Source: Lentisphaeria bacterium
GTDB lineage: Bacteria > Verrucomicrobiota > Lentisphaeria > JABSQK01 > CAJWLW01
Direction: 5' to 3'
DNA: 45,811 nucleotides
NCBI GenBank assembly: GCA_963582235.1
Contig: CAUZRT010000001.1
Span: 1 to 45,811, forward strand
Shown here one piece after another: positions 29,857 to 38,665 of the stretch (within the stretch, counting starts at the first letter, position 1; each line of letters starts with the position of its first letter). A model generated the notes under the pieces. That model worked only from the letters and a program-made list of their open reading frames with translations. It made no database searches and was not told the origin of the DNA. The position numbers and the translations under genes are program-made.

Positions 29857-30377
29857 GGTCACAACGTAACACCGGCTTCCAGCCTGTAAATATAGTATCT
29901 CGTTGCAAGAATATCGGCCAATGTTTCGGATGATCAGATGCACCGCCGAAAATAAGTCGATGCCGTAGCATCGGCGTTATTTCGATGGTGCGGTTGATCG
30001 CCGATCACGTGACCACGTTGGCACGTGGAACGTGACTCACGTGGAAGGCCCTCGCCCTTCGGGTTGTGCTCTTTTCGACCATCTCGCCTTCTAAGTAGCG
30101 CTTGTTCAAAACTTTTCCGCGGCGGGGGCCCGCGGCGCAAGAGGTCGCCATTAGCCGACCGAATTGCTCCAAGAACGTCCGCCCAACGCAGGTTTGAGGC
30201 TGGGGCGACGGCGAGCCGCCGCCGCAATTCCGTTGTGCGCGAAAATATTGAACAGCAACTAGGTTCACTTCGGCGTTCTGAGTTCGGCGTTCGTCGTTCG
30301 GATCATTGCCGCAGTTCGGGTGTTGCTCGTTCTACGTAGCGATACTTCACAGAGTAGTAAGCATCCCCAATCTCTCA

Positions 30378-30507
30378 CCCTAATCTTTCTCCTTAATCTC
30401 GATGCAGCTAAATCGACCGTCACTTGCGCCTGTACGGCGAGCTGCAATCTTCATGCGACGGGTCATTGGGAGAATCCATGGCGCGAGATTAGGGTGAAAG
30501 ATTAGGG
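30378..30507. repeat. 130-bp hairpin element with 24-bp arms of the CCCTAATCT motif
   Basis: ccctaatctttctccttaatctcg (30378-30401) matches the reverse complement of cgagattagggtgaaagattaggg (30484-30507) at 22/24 positions. Confidence 0.75.
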
Positions 30508-30598
30508 ATGGCCGGCTTCCGATCGGATAAGATTCTCGGGCCATTCATCGAGCGGCTTGCCAAAAAGGAGGCCGAGTTCGTGTCTTCAGGTTCTTTCT

Positions 30599-31971
30599 TC
30601 AGTCAAAAAATCGGGGCAGCCACTGCTTGTTGGCAAGCAGCAATTCGTCGGTGAGTTTACCCAGCTCGGCGAAATCAGCAGCCGGCGCTGAGCGGATCCA
30701 GGCTGATGGCCTGTAGGGTGAGGTCACGGTCGCCACTGAGCGCGGCTTCGACGGTCATTTCGTGCACATCGGCATGCAGGCGGCAGAGGCTGCCGACGGA
30801 GCCTGGGAGCTCGCCGGAGGGCTCAGGGGTTATGGCGTCAGCCGATACGGTTCCGAGTGTTTCGACGACGACGTCCTCGGGCAGATTGGTGATCTGCCCC
30901 TGATTCGGTAGGTTGAGGATGCATCGTGTCTCTGATTGCGTGAGAATGGCCTCCATAATCGCCGTCATCTCCTCGCCGCTGCGTGTCCAGTCGATCTCCT
31001 CTTTGCCTTCGCTGACCCGGCGAACGGCCGCCATGCTCTCATCCACCCCTCGCCGGCGGCTGTCGACGGTCGTCTTGATGACGTCGTACTTCATCCCGTA
31101 GCCATTGTTCGGATTGCAGAGGCTGGGCCAGAATTCCACCAGGTGGCGGTCGCCGGCGACGGGCAGGTAGCCAAAGGTGCGGCAGAGCGCCAACTTGACG
31201 GCGTCGAAGTTCTGCGTGGCGCTGTAAGGCTCGTCGTCGGATCGCGTGTCGCGGTTGTCGCGGGCATACTGTCTGATCACGGGGATCATGTCGGCCTGGT
31301 TCTAAGGACGCACGCGTGACCCAAATGAAATGATTGACACCGGCCACGGTGTATTCGAACCCCTGTTCCCCGAGCCATTGGTAAAGATACTCGAGCAGAT
31401 CCATATCCGCTGGTCGCTGCAGCCCGATGATCTTTTCCACAAAGCGCGGAAAGCCGTGAAATTCGTGGCACATGCCGATGACCTTCACCGTGCGCGCCGC
31501 CATATTCATGGCGCGCGTGACGACGCTCATGGGGTTGGTGACGTTGAGAAGGAACGCACCGGGGCAGACCTGCTCCATGTCGGCAACAATTTCGTTCGCT
31601 ACGGGCGCGGTGCGCAGCGCCGCCGATATTCCACTCGGTCCGACGGTCATTGAAACGGGTTGCCGGATCCCGAACCGGATCGGTATTTCGAGATCGTGGT
31701 AGAAGGCGTCCATGCTGCCGGGGCTGAACGTGGTCATGACGAAGTCGGCATCCGCCAGGGCTTCCCTGCGGTCCTCGACGACACCGATGGCGTAATCCTT
31801 GTCCCGCAACTTGTTGAAGGCGCGCAGCATCTCCGCCACGGCCTCGACATGTTCCGTCCTTGGATCAACGAGGCGGATCTCACCGCCGTCCACGCAGTCC
31901 AACAGATAGACATCGCGCATCAGGTTGCGCATCCACTGCGAACTGCCGCCGCCAATGACCGTCAAAATCAT
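30599..31971 (-). pseudogene. Glycoside hydrolase family 4 (NAD/Mn-dependent glycosidase), two frameshifts
   Basis: The N-terminal part runs MILTVIGGGSSQW...GMCHEF...GVNHFIWVTRA in one frame (31039-31971 ORF). The middle part ADMIPVIRQY...DPL is in a second frame (30675-31289 ORF). The conserved tail SAPAADFAELGKLTDELLLANKQWLPRFFD is in a third frame, ending at 30599. The shifts are near 31290-31302 and 30685-30697. Confidence 0.75.
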
Positions 31972-32018
31972 GAAGCCCTCCGCAATGTTAGTTTATTCGC
32001 GGATCCCGCGAAAAATAA

Positions 32019-32699
32019 TTAATCCAACCGCCGTTTACATTCCTCGAGAATCTCCTTCGTGCCGCTCGCCCCGATGCGGGTGACACCCAAGGCCCGAATC
32101 TCGAGAACAGCGTCCAGATCCCGAACGCCGCCGGCAGCCTTCACCTGTACATGATCCGGTGTGTGCGCTACCATCAGTTTCAAATCTTCGATCGTTGCGC
32201 CCGAGCTGCTGAAACCTGTCGATGTCTTCACCCAATCGGCATTGAGCTCGGAGCAAATCGCGCAAAGCCGGACCTTCTGATCATCATTGAGAAAACAGTT
32301 CTCGAAAATGACTTTGATCTTCTTGCCGGCGGCATGGGTAACATCAACGGCGGCTCTGATGTCATCAAGAACATAGTCCCACTCGCCGCTCACAACCTTG
32401 CTGATGTTGACAACCATATCGAGTTCATCGCCGCGGTCGGCCAGAGCATGCTCCGCCTCCGCTCGTTTAATCGCCGTCACCTGCGCGCCATGCGGAAATC
32501 CTATGGTTGTGCTGGCCGCGACCGAGCTGCCGTCGAGCAGTTCGGCGCAGCGCCGCAGCGCGAACGGCATGATGCAGACACTGGCGACGTCATAGTCCAC
32601 GGCGAGCCGGCAACCCGCTTCCAACTCCGCTGTGGTCAGTGTCGGACTCAGCAGCGCGTGATCAATCATCTTGGCGATATCGGCGTAGCAGTAGTCCAC
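32019..32699 (-). CDS. deoC: Deoxyribose-phosphate aldolase
   Basis: 226 aa with a DeoC-type TIM barrel and the Schiff-base region WVKTSTGF plus VKAAGGVR. Confidence 0.9.
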   Translation of the reverse strand: MDYCYADIAKMIDHALLSPTLTTAELEAGCRLAVDYDVASVCIMPFALRRCAELLDGSSVAASTTIGFPHGAQVTAIKRAEAEHALADRGDELDMVVNISKVVSGEWDYVLDDIRAAVDVTHAAGKKIKVIFENCFLNDDQKVRLCAICSELNADWVKTSTGFSSSGATIEDLKLMVAHTPDHVQVKAAGGVRDLDAVLEIRALGVTRIGASGTKEILEECKRRLD

Positions 32700-32711
32700 G
32701 GTAGCTCTCGT

Positions 32712-32908
32712 GAGAAACTCGAGGGTTCAGGGTTCGGGTTTCAGTGGTCAGGGTTCGGAAATGGCTGCAGTCCGACGTACCAGTAGCATAGACATTCTTG
32801 TCTGTGCTGAGGTCACGCCTATTGCAGTGTTGGTATCAGCAATCTCAGTGGCCACAGCTCAGACAAGAATGTCTATGCTACTGGTGTCGTCCGGCTGCCG
32901 AGTTTCTC
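32712..32908. repeat. 197-bp composite palindrome directly 5' of deoC, with a 31-bp core inverted repeat and a 5x heptamer G-tract
   Basis: The outer arms are gagaaactcg (32712-32721) and cgagtttctc (32899-32908). The core accagtagcatagacattcttgtctgtgctg (32779-32809) pairs with cagctcagacaagaatgtctatgctactggt (32855-32885) at 30/31 positions. The heptamer tract GGGTTCA GGGTTCG GGTTTCA GTGGTCA GGGTTCG is at 32723-32757. Confidence 0.85.
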
Positions 32909-33137
32909 TCCTTCATAAGCCGCATCGCAACGCGCCGCCGCCGATCCTTCTGTGAAACCGCGGCACCATTGCACCGGTTGGCAAAGATGTAGTATACACA
33001 GACAACATTGTGATGACCAAGGCCAAAGGCAGTACCGGTCTGCACACCGGCGCTGTTTCCATGTCGCCGACAGTGTACTATATTGCCGCTTCGCCATCCC
33101 GTGAACATGTGCCCGAAACCAGGAGGAGGCGTTTAAT

Positions 33138-33896
33138 ATGTCTGAAATAATTGACGGCTATCGCCATTGCGGACTCAGTAAATACCGTCCCATTGAGGAT
33201 GTTCGCGACAACATGGACGCGTTGGAAATATCGCGCGCCGTCCTTGCCCAGCACCTCGGTGAGTTCGACAACACCTATATTGCCGATATCGTCGCCGGCG
33301 AACCGGACCGCTACGCCGGCGTGATGCTCATCGATGTAGATGGCGCGAACCCCGACGAGCAACTCACCGCGCTGGCGGCAACCGGCATTTTTCGCGGCAG
33401 CCGATTTCGCGCGGAAACGCTGCAATCCCATCCGGCAATCTGGGATCTGGCGGCTGATCTCGGATTCAATATCGTTGTCCACGCGGAGCCGACAATCGCG
33501 GTGTACACGAACGAGATTGCCGCCTTTGTGCAACGGCACGCACAGACGAACCTGGTCGTCACGCATCTGGGGATAATGGATCCGGAGGCGGCGTCCCGCA
33601 GCGATTGCCACGAGCGTATCGCTTCACTCGCGAACCAGCCCAACGTATTTATGCAGCTTTCGGGATTCCACATGTTTTCCCGGCCGCCATTCAACGATTT
33701 GCTGCCGCTCGTCGAGCGCATTATAGAATCGTTTGAACCGGGACGTCTCCTCTATGGCTCGAACTATCCCCTCCCCACCGACCTCTCCGTGTGCAGAGCG
33801 GAGCTCGATCTGCTGCATAGCGGACACTTCGGCGTGCCGGCCGAAGCGGTCCACCAGATCATGTACCGGACCGCATGGGATCTGTGGTTCGCCTGA
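33138..33896 (+). CDS. Amidohydrolase_2-family (TIM-barrel metal-dependent hydrolase/decarboxylase-like) protein
   Basis: 252 aa behind a strong RBS (AGGAGGAGG). It has family-like blocks (IIDGYRHCG, VVHAEP, VVTHLG, LYGSNYP). The N-terminal HxH is degenerate (DGYRH). Confidence 0.7.
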   Translation: MSEIIDGYRHCGLSKYRPIEDVRDNMDALEISRAVLAQHLGEFDNTYIADIVAGEPDRYAGVMLIDVDGANPDEQLTALAATGIFRGSRFRAETLQSHPAIWDLAADLGFNIVVHAEPTIAVYTNEIAAFVQRHAQTNLVVTHLGIMDPEAASRSDCHERIASLANQPNVFMQLSGFHMFSRPPFNDLLPLVERIIESFEPGRLLYGSNYPLPTDLSVCRAELDLLHSGHFGVPAEAVHQIMYRTAWDLWFA

Positions 33897-34704
33897 TCGC
33901 GGTTGGCAAATTAAATGCGCTCAAATGCTCCATCGTTCGGGTCGCCGCCGTCTCCCACGGATGGCGATAGACCTTGACGGAAACGAACCCCGAATAACGG
34001 ATCTCATCCAGTGCAGCAAACATCCCCGGAATGTCCAGGTGTCCGCTGCCAAGGAAACTGCCGTTTGATTCGCACAGGTGGAAGTGTCTCAAATCCGATC
34101 CGGCCGCGTGTATCGGCTCGATCACGGAGACCTCTTCAATGTTCATGTGGATACTGTCCAGCATTGGCTTGAAATACGCCGATCCGACACGCTGGATCAT
34201 TGCCATGACCTCGCTGAACGTGTTGTTGAACCCGACTTGCAGATGATTGACCGGTTCGAGCACAATCGTCGTCCCATGTTTTTCCGCCACCGCTGCAACC
34301 TGTTTGAGACACTCCGCGATACGCGTGTTGGCGATTGACGGATCGGGTTCGTCGCGCAACACGCCCTGCATCAGCCCGACGACAATGATCGCCTCGAACC
34401 GTGACGCCGTCTCGATGCAGAGTTGCAGCCGCTCGACAGCGCGTCTGCGCACGTCCGCATCCGGGGAACTGAGGCAAAGTCCGTCGCGGGAGTAATTGTC
34501 TCCGGTCAGTAGCGAGACCACCGGCAGCTCAATGGAATCTACGAATCTCAGCAGCGCGTCGACATCGAACCCGAGCGGCTCCGTCATCAGAATCTCGACG
34601 CCTTGATAACCCAATTCCTTGAGCCGGATCAATGCGGCACTGAAATCTCCGAACGATCCGAAAGATTCTGGATGTTCGATAAGAAGATAACTGATTTTCG
34701 GCAT
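33859..34704 (-). CDS. Sugar phosphate isomerase/epimerase (xylose-isomerase-like TIM barrel)
   Basis: It has typical blocks (GYQGVEI, LEPVNH, HFHLCESN). The ATG at 34704 is preferred, and GTG 34743 is possible. Its 3' end overlaps the convergent amidohydrolase gene by 38 nt. Confidence 0.8.
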   Translation of the reverse strand: MPKISYLLIEHPESFGSFGDFSAALIRLKELGYQGVEILMTEPLGFDVDALLRFVDSIELPVVSLLTGDNYSRDGLCLSSPDADVRRRAVERLQLCIETASRFEAIIVVGLMQGVLRDEPDPSIANTRIAECLKQVAAVAEKHGTTIVLEPVNHLQVGFNNTFSEVMAMIQRVGSAYFKPMLDSIHMNIEEVSVIEPIHAAGSDLRHFHLCESNGSFLGSGHLDIPGMFAALDEIRYSGFVSVKVYRHPWETAATRTMEHLSAFNLPTAIRRTTDPMRSGT

Positions 34705-34768
34705 TGCGTGGAATCTCCTGAGAAGGGGCAGTGTTTTCGCCACAGACGGACCATGTCAAATGACATGG

Positions 34769-34816
34769 CAGTGTTCAGTGAGGTTTTTTGGCTGCCAGTT
34801 ATGGCAGGCAGGAACA
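34769..34816 (-). promoter_or_regulatory. Copy C of the bipartite upstream module (CAGTGTTCAG-N16-TGCCAGTTATGGCA-GGAACA), 26-65 nt 5' of the isomerase start
   Basis: It has the same blocks, spacing and orientation as copies A and B. TGCCA-GTTA-TGGCA is at 34793-34806. As in copy B, the TAATCCCTCCTCTT motif follows. Confidence 0.5.
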
Positions 34817-34823
34817 CAGATCC

Positions 34824-35033
34824 TAATCCCTCCTCTTGATCCCGAATGGCACTGACTTAAGGTCTTAAAACTGTGCGGCTCGCAGGGACGCTACGCCCTC
34901 CAGCATCGCCTTTCGAAACCAGCCTGGAAGGCGAGCGTCCCCGCGAGTCGTATGATCAAGACCCAATCGAGGCTTAAGTCAGTGCCATTCCCTCGTAATC
35001 CCGCCAATCCTTTGGATTTAAGAGGAGAGATTA
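34824..35033. repeat. 210-bp nested palindrome (three concentric inverted-repeat pairs)
   Basis: The outer pair is taatccctcctcttgatcc (34824-34842) with ggatttaagaggagagatta (35014-35033). The middle pair is a perfect 18 bp: gaatggcactgacttaag (34844-34861) with cttaagtcagtgccattc (34973-34990). The inner pair is ctcgcagggacgctacgccctccag with ctggaaggcgagcgtccccgcgag. Confidence 0.85.
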
Positions 35034-35303
35034 ATTGTCTACATCTGTGTCGTCGTGGATCGAATTGCTCCAGGAAGCACCGACATCTGATGGCGGGTGG
35101 TTCGCGAAATCTTTTCTGCCTTGCCGGTAAAACTTACCTTGGTGGTGTAGAATGACAATCGTGCTACGCATTATTTGTCGGCCGATCAATGGCATGAATC
35201 CCGCGACTCATCGCAGGGAATGACGAGCCGCAGAAAGTCTAACCAATTCAGCGTTTTTTTCGGGACAATATGACTTCGGACCCGATCAAATCGGAGAGTA
35301 ACG

Positions 35304-36704
35304 ATGAGCCAGGACAGACCAGTCGGACCGGCTGCAGACGCCGGCACGGCGATCAACGCACAATCCGCCTCGGGCGACTTGCCGTGCATCGAAAACAGCA
35401 CCGCCCTATTCGAACGTGCCGGCGAACTGATACCCATGGAAACGATGCTGCTTTCCAAGCATCCCTTCAGAATGGCGCCCGACGCCTGGCCCGCCTATTA
35501 TCGCCGGGCCCGGGGCTCAAGGGTTGAAGACGTGGATGGAAACGTCTTCATCGATTTCTCCGGGGACGTCGGGGCGACGATACTCGGGCGTGCCGATCCG
35601 GACGTGGCCGCCGCGGTCAGTCGCGTCATCGAGCACGGTAATTACTGCATGCTCAATTATCCCGGTGAAGTGGAGCTGGCCGAATTGTTGACCGAGATTA
35701 TCCCTTGTGCCGAATGTGTCAGATACGCCCGCGGCGGCGGTGAAGCGGATTCTGTGGCAGTAAGGATCGCAAGAGGTCATACACGGCGCAGTCTTGTTGC
35801 CTTTTGCGGCTATCACGGCTGGCACGACTGGTATCTGGCCGCCAACCTTGCAGACAATGAAGCTCTCGACGGCCACCTGATCCCCGGGCTCGAGCCGCTG
35901 GGTGTGCCGCGGGAGCTGAGCGGCACTACCATCCCATTCGAGTACAATGATCTTGATTCTTTGAAAAACATTCTGGCAGCACATCCCGGCCGGATCGCAG
36001 CGATTCTCGTGGAACCGACGCGTTTTACCGCCCCTGACGAAGCGTTTCTAACCGGCTGCAAAGAACTTGCCGATGCCAATGGCGCCGTGCTGATATTTGA
36101 CGAGGTCGTGACCGGTTTCCGTATGGCCCTCGGCGGCGCGCAGGAATACTTCGGCGTTGTACCGGACATCGCGGTGTTCGCCAAGACAATTTCCAACGGC
36201 TTCCCGATGGCGGCCATCGTCGGGCGGCAGGAAGTCATGACTGTAGTCGAAGATCAGTTCATCAGCAGCACTTACTGGACTGATGCGATCGGTACCGCCG
36301 CCGCCATCGCCGCCATTACAAAGATTCGTGAGACCAAAGTAATCGATCATGTCTGGTCTCTCGGGAAAACGCTCATGGCCGGTCTGCAGAGTGCTTTCAA
36401 CAACGCCGGACTCGACGCCGAGGTCAAGGGCTGGCCGCCGTTCGCCGGGATCGTCTTCCATCATCAGTGTCCGGATATGGTGATGGCCATGAAGACGCAT
36501 TTCATCCGCGGTATGCTGAGACGGGGATTTCTTACCACTGGTCTGCACTATCTCATGCTGACACACACGGACGAGGACGTGGTGAATTATCTTGCCGCTG
36601 CAAAGGACGCTCTGCAGGAGCTGAACACTGCGCTGCAACGCGATAGTGTGATGGCGGAAATCGATAACAGCCTTGCCACGCCGCCCTTCAGGCGGTTGTC
36701 ATGA
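35304..36704 (+). CDS. Class-III (GSA-aminomutase-like) PLP-dependent aminotransferase
   Basis: 466 aa with blocks GGGEADSVAVRIARG, LIFDEVVTGFR and the PLP-lysine region FAKTISNGFP. It has a ~40-aa N-terminal extension. Confidence 0.85.
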   Translation: MSQDRPVGPAADAGTAINAQSASGDLPCIENSTALFERAGELIPMETMLLSKHPFRMAPDAWPAYYRRARGSRVEDVDGNVFIDFSGDVGATILGRADPDVAAAVSRVIEHGNYCMLNYPGEVELAELLTEIIPCAECVRYARGGGEADSVAVRIARGHTRRSLVAFCGYHGWHDWYLAANLADNEALDGHLIPGLEPLGVPRELSGTTIPFEYNDLDSLKNILAAHPGRIAAILVEPTRFTAPDEAFLTGCKELADANGAVLIFDEVVTGFRMALGGAQEYFGVVPDIAVFAKTISNGFPMAAIVGRQEVMTVVEDQFISSTYWTDAIGTAAAIAAITKIRETKVIDHVWSLGKTLMAGLQSAFNNAGLDAEVKGWPPFAGIVFHHQCPDMVMAMKTHFIRGMLRRGFLTTGLHYLMLTHTDEDVVNYLAAAKDALQELNTALQRDSVMAEIDNSLATPPFRRLS

Positions 36705-36880
36705 CATCGTCCAGCGAATGATGCGCCATCTGTTGCAGCCCGTGATGTTACACACGTTCAGACATCATAATTCGATATTGGCGATGCTACCAAAAACGGG
36801 ACATTTTCATGCAATCGACTACAATTCAATAGATAAGTGACCATTTCGAAAACAGCGTTTACAAGGCCTGAAATTTGTGT

Positions 36881-38105
36881 CTATTCGTGGCCATTCGTGG
36901 TTCCCTTGTCATCCCCGGCCCAGACGCTTGCCATCCCCACGATCTCGTCCACCAGTTGTTGCATCGACACAGGATCCATCGGCCCGCGAATCCGATCGTC
37001 GCCGAGGGTGTGGCCTTTGAGCGTGTGCGTGATCAGTTTTCGGTTTCACCTTGAACCTGTCAATCACGGCACGGACGATGTCGAAATTACGGCTGGCCGG
37101 CGTCTGTGAATCGTTGGCACCGTTGTGGAAAGCCATGACGCCGTCGAAATCGAATAGGTCATCGACCACCGGCCGGTCATCAACGACATACATCTTCCAC
37201 CATGCGTAGGATGCGAGGCGACCGTACGGGCGATCGTCTGGGATTGCCAAGGTGTTCTGGTAAAATGTCTCGTATTCGTCTCCCAGAAATGTTCTCAGTT
37301 CCGCCTCCGTCCGCAAACCGCTGGCCGAAAGATATATGTCCGGATTGATTGCCCCGAGAAACAGGCCGCCCGCCTTGATCTCATCGTTGCTGATCGATCC
37401 GTCCCCGTCACTGTCCCGGAGCATGACGAGGTCCGCCATTCGCTTCGTCAGCTGCCATCGAAGCAGCCGCTTCGGACTTTCGGCCACGAAACCGAGCGCC
37501 ACCAATCCCCTTGCACTGATCTGCCCGGCCTTGACTAGCCGGGCAACGTGCGTGGTGCCTTCGGAATGAGTGAAGAGAATGATCCGGTTCGGATCGATGC
37601 GGTCGTGGCTCGCAGCGTTGTCGAAGATCTGCTTTATGTCGTCTTGAATTGTTGCCGGCGTTACGCGGCTGCGGATCTCACGGTCAACACACTTCTCGAT
37701 AAACCCGTCAAATCCACCGTCGCCGCGGACCGTGCGTTCGTTGCACGACACCCCCCGCTTGTCAAAGCGCAGGACAGCAAGCGCATGCTGCGTCAATGCG
37801 TTACCAAGGGTCTTGAAGATCAGATCGGCGTCCGTGTTCGAATTCCCGAAGTACACGTCGCGATCGAATAATCCCGTGCCCGGAACCATGAAAACCAGCG
37901 GCAGCCCGGCCTCTTCTTCCACCTCGTATTGGCCGGCCGGCCAATCAATCTGGCCGTTCAGCGTCGCCGCTCCATCTTTCGTCGGCATGCTGAATTCCTC
38001 CGAATCCGCCAGCACCAAGGGCAAAGCACACAGAAAAATGAATACGATGGACAGTGAGGAACACACGATTCGGTGGAATGATTCCGGGTTAGAATGATGC
38101 CACAA
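36881..38105 (-). pseudogene. Secreted alpha/beta hydrolase with an inserted EF-hand loop; single frameshift near the 3' end (may be a sequencing error)
   Basis: It has a signal-like N-terminus, the nucleophile elbow FTHSEGT, and a canonical EF-hand loop DSDGDGSISNDE. After ...RFKVKPK the track frame turns into Arg-rich junk. The +1 frame continues with the plausible LITHTLKGHTLGDDRIRGPMDPVSMQQLVDEIVGMASVWAGDDKGTTNGHE, stopping at 36881. The shift lies in AAACCGAAAAC (37035-37046). Confidence 0.65.
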
Positions 38106-38665
38106 CTTCGCGCCACTCCGCTATATTAATCCATTGCGCAACAGCGGTACCGCGATTTAAGAGGGCGAGCGTGAAAGTTAATAAGATTAAGACTGTCGAA
38201 AACGGCCGCAAGTACGAGTAGGCAGCCGATCTGTCACACCATCTCACGATCGAGCAACGACTGTCACTTGCCGAGGACCTCAGACGGGAAGCCGTGTTGA
38301 TCACGGGGAATGAATATCCACAACGACTTCGAAGAGTTCTTGAGGTTTCTAAACGCCGCCTTTTGTAAGAGGCGCTTGACAATGCGGTTTGACACTGTCG
38401 CGATTTGTCGTAAAAAGCCAATTGTCGATCCCCTTCCGATGCTGATAATGCGGATCGCCTGGATGTTAATTCCGAATGATTGGGGAGGGAATTCGGCAAA
38501 TACCGATCACAGGTGATGTCGATTTAAAGTGGATCAACTTCAACCGTCACGACATCCGATGCGCTCCGATTACCAACGATCAGGTTTTTGCTTCAATCAT
38601 TTTGTCCATAATTATTTTTGTCAACACTCAACATAGAACACCAACTCTTGCGGGAGCCAACACCC

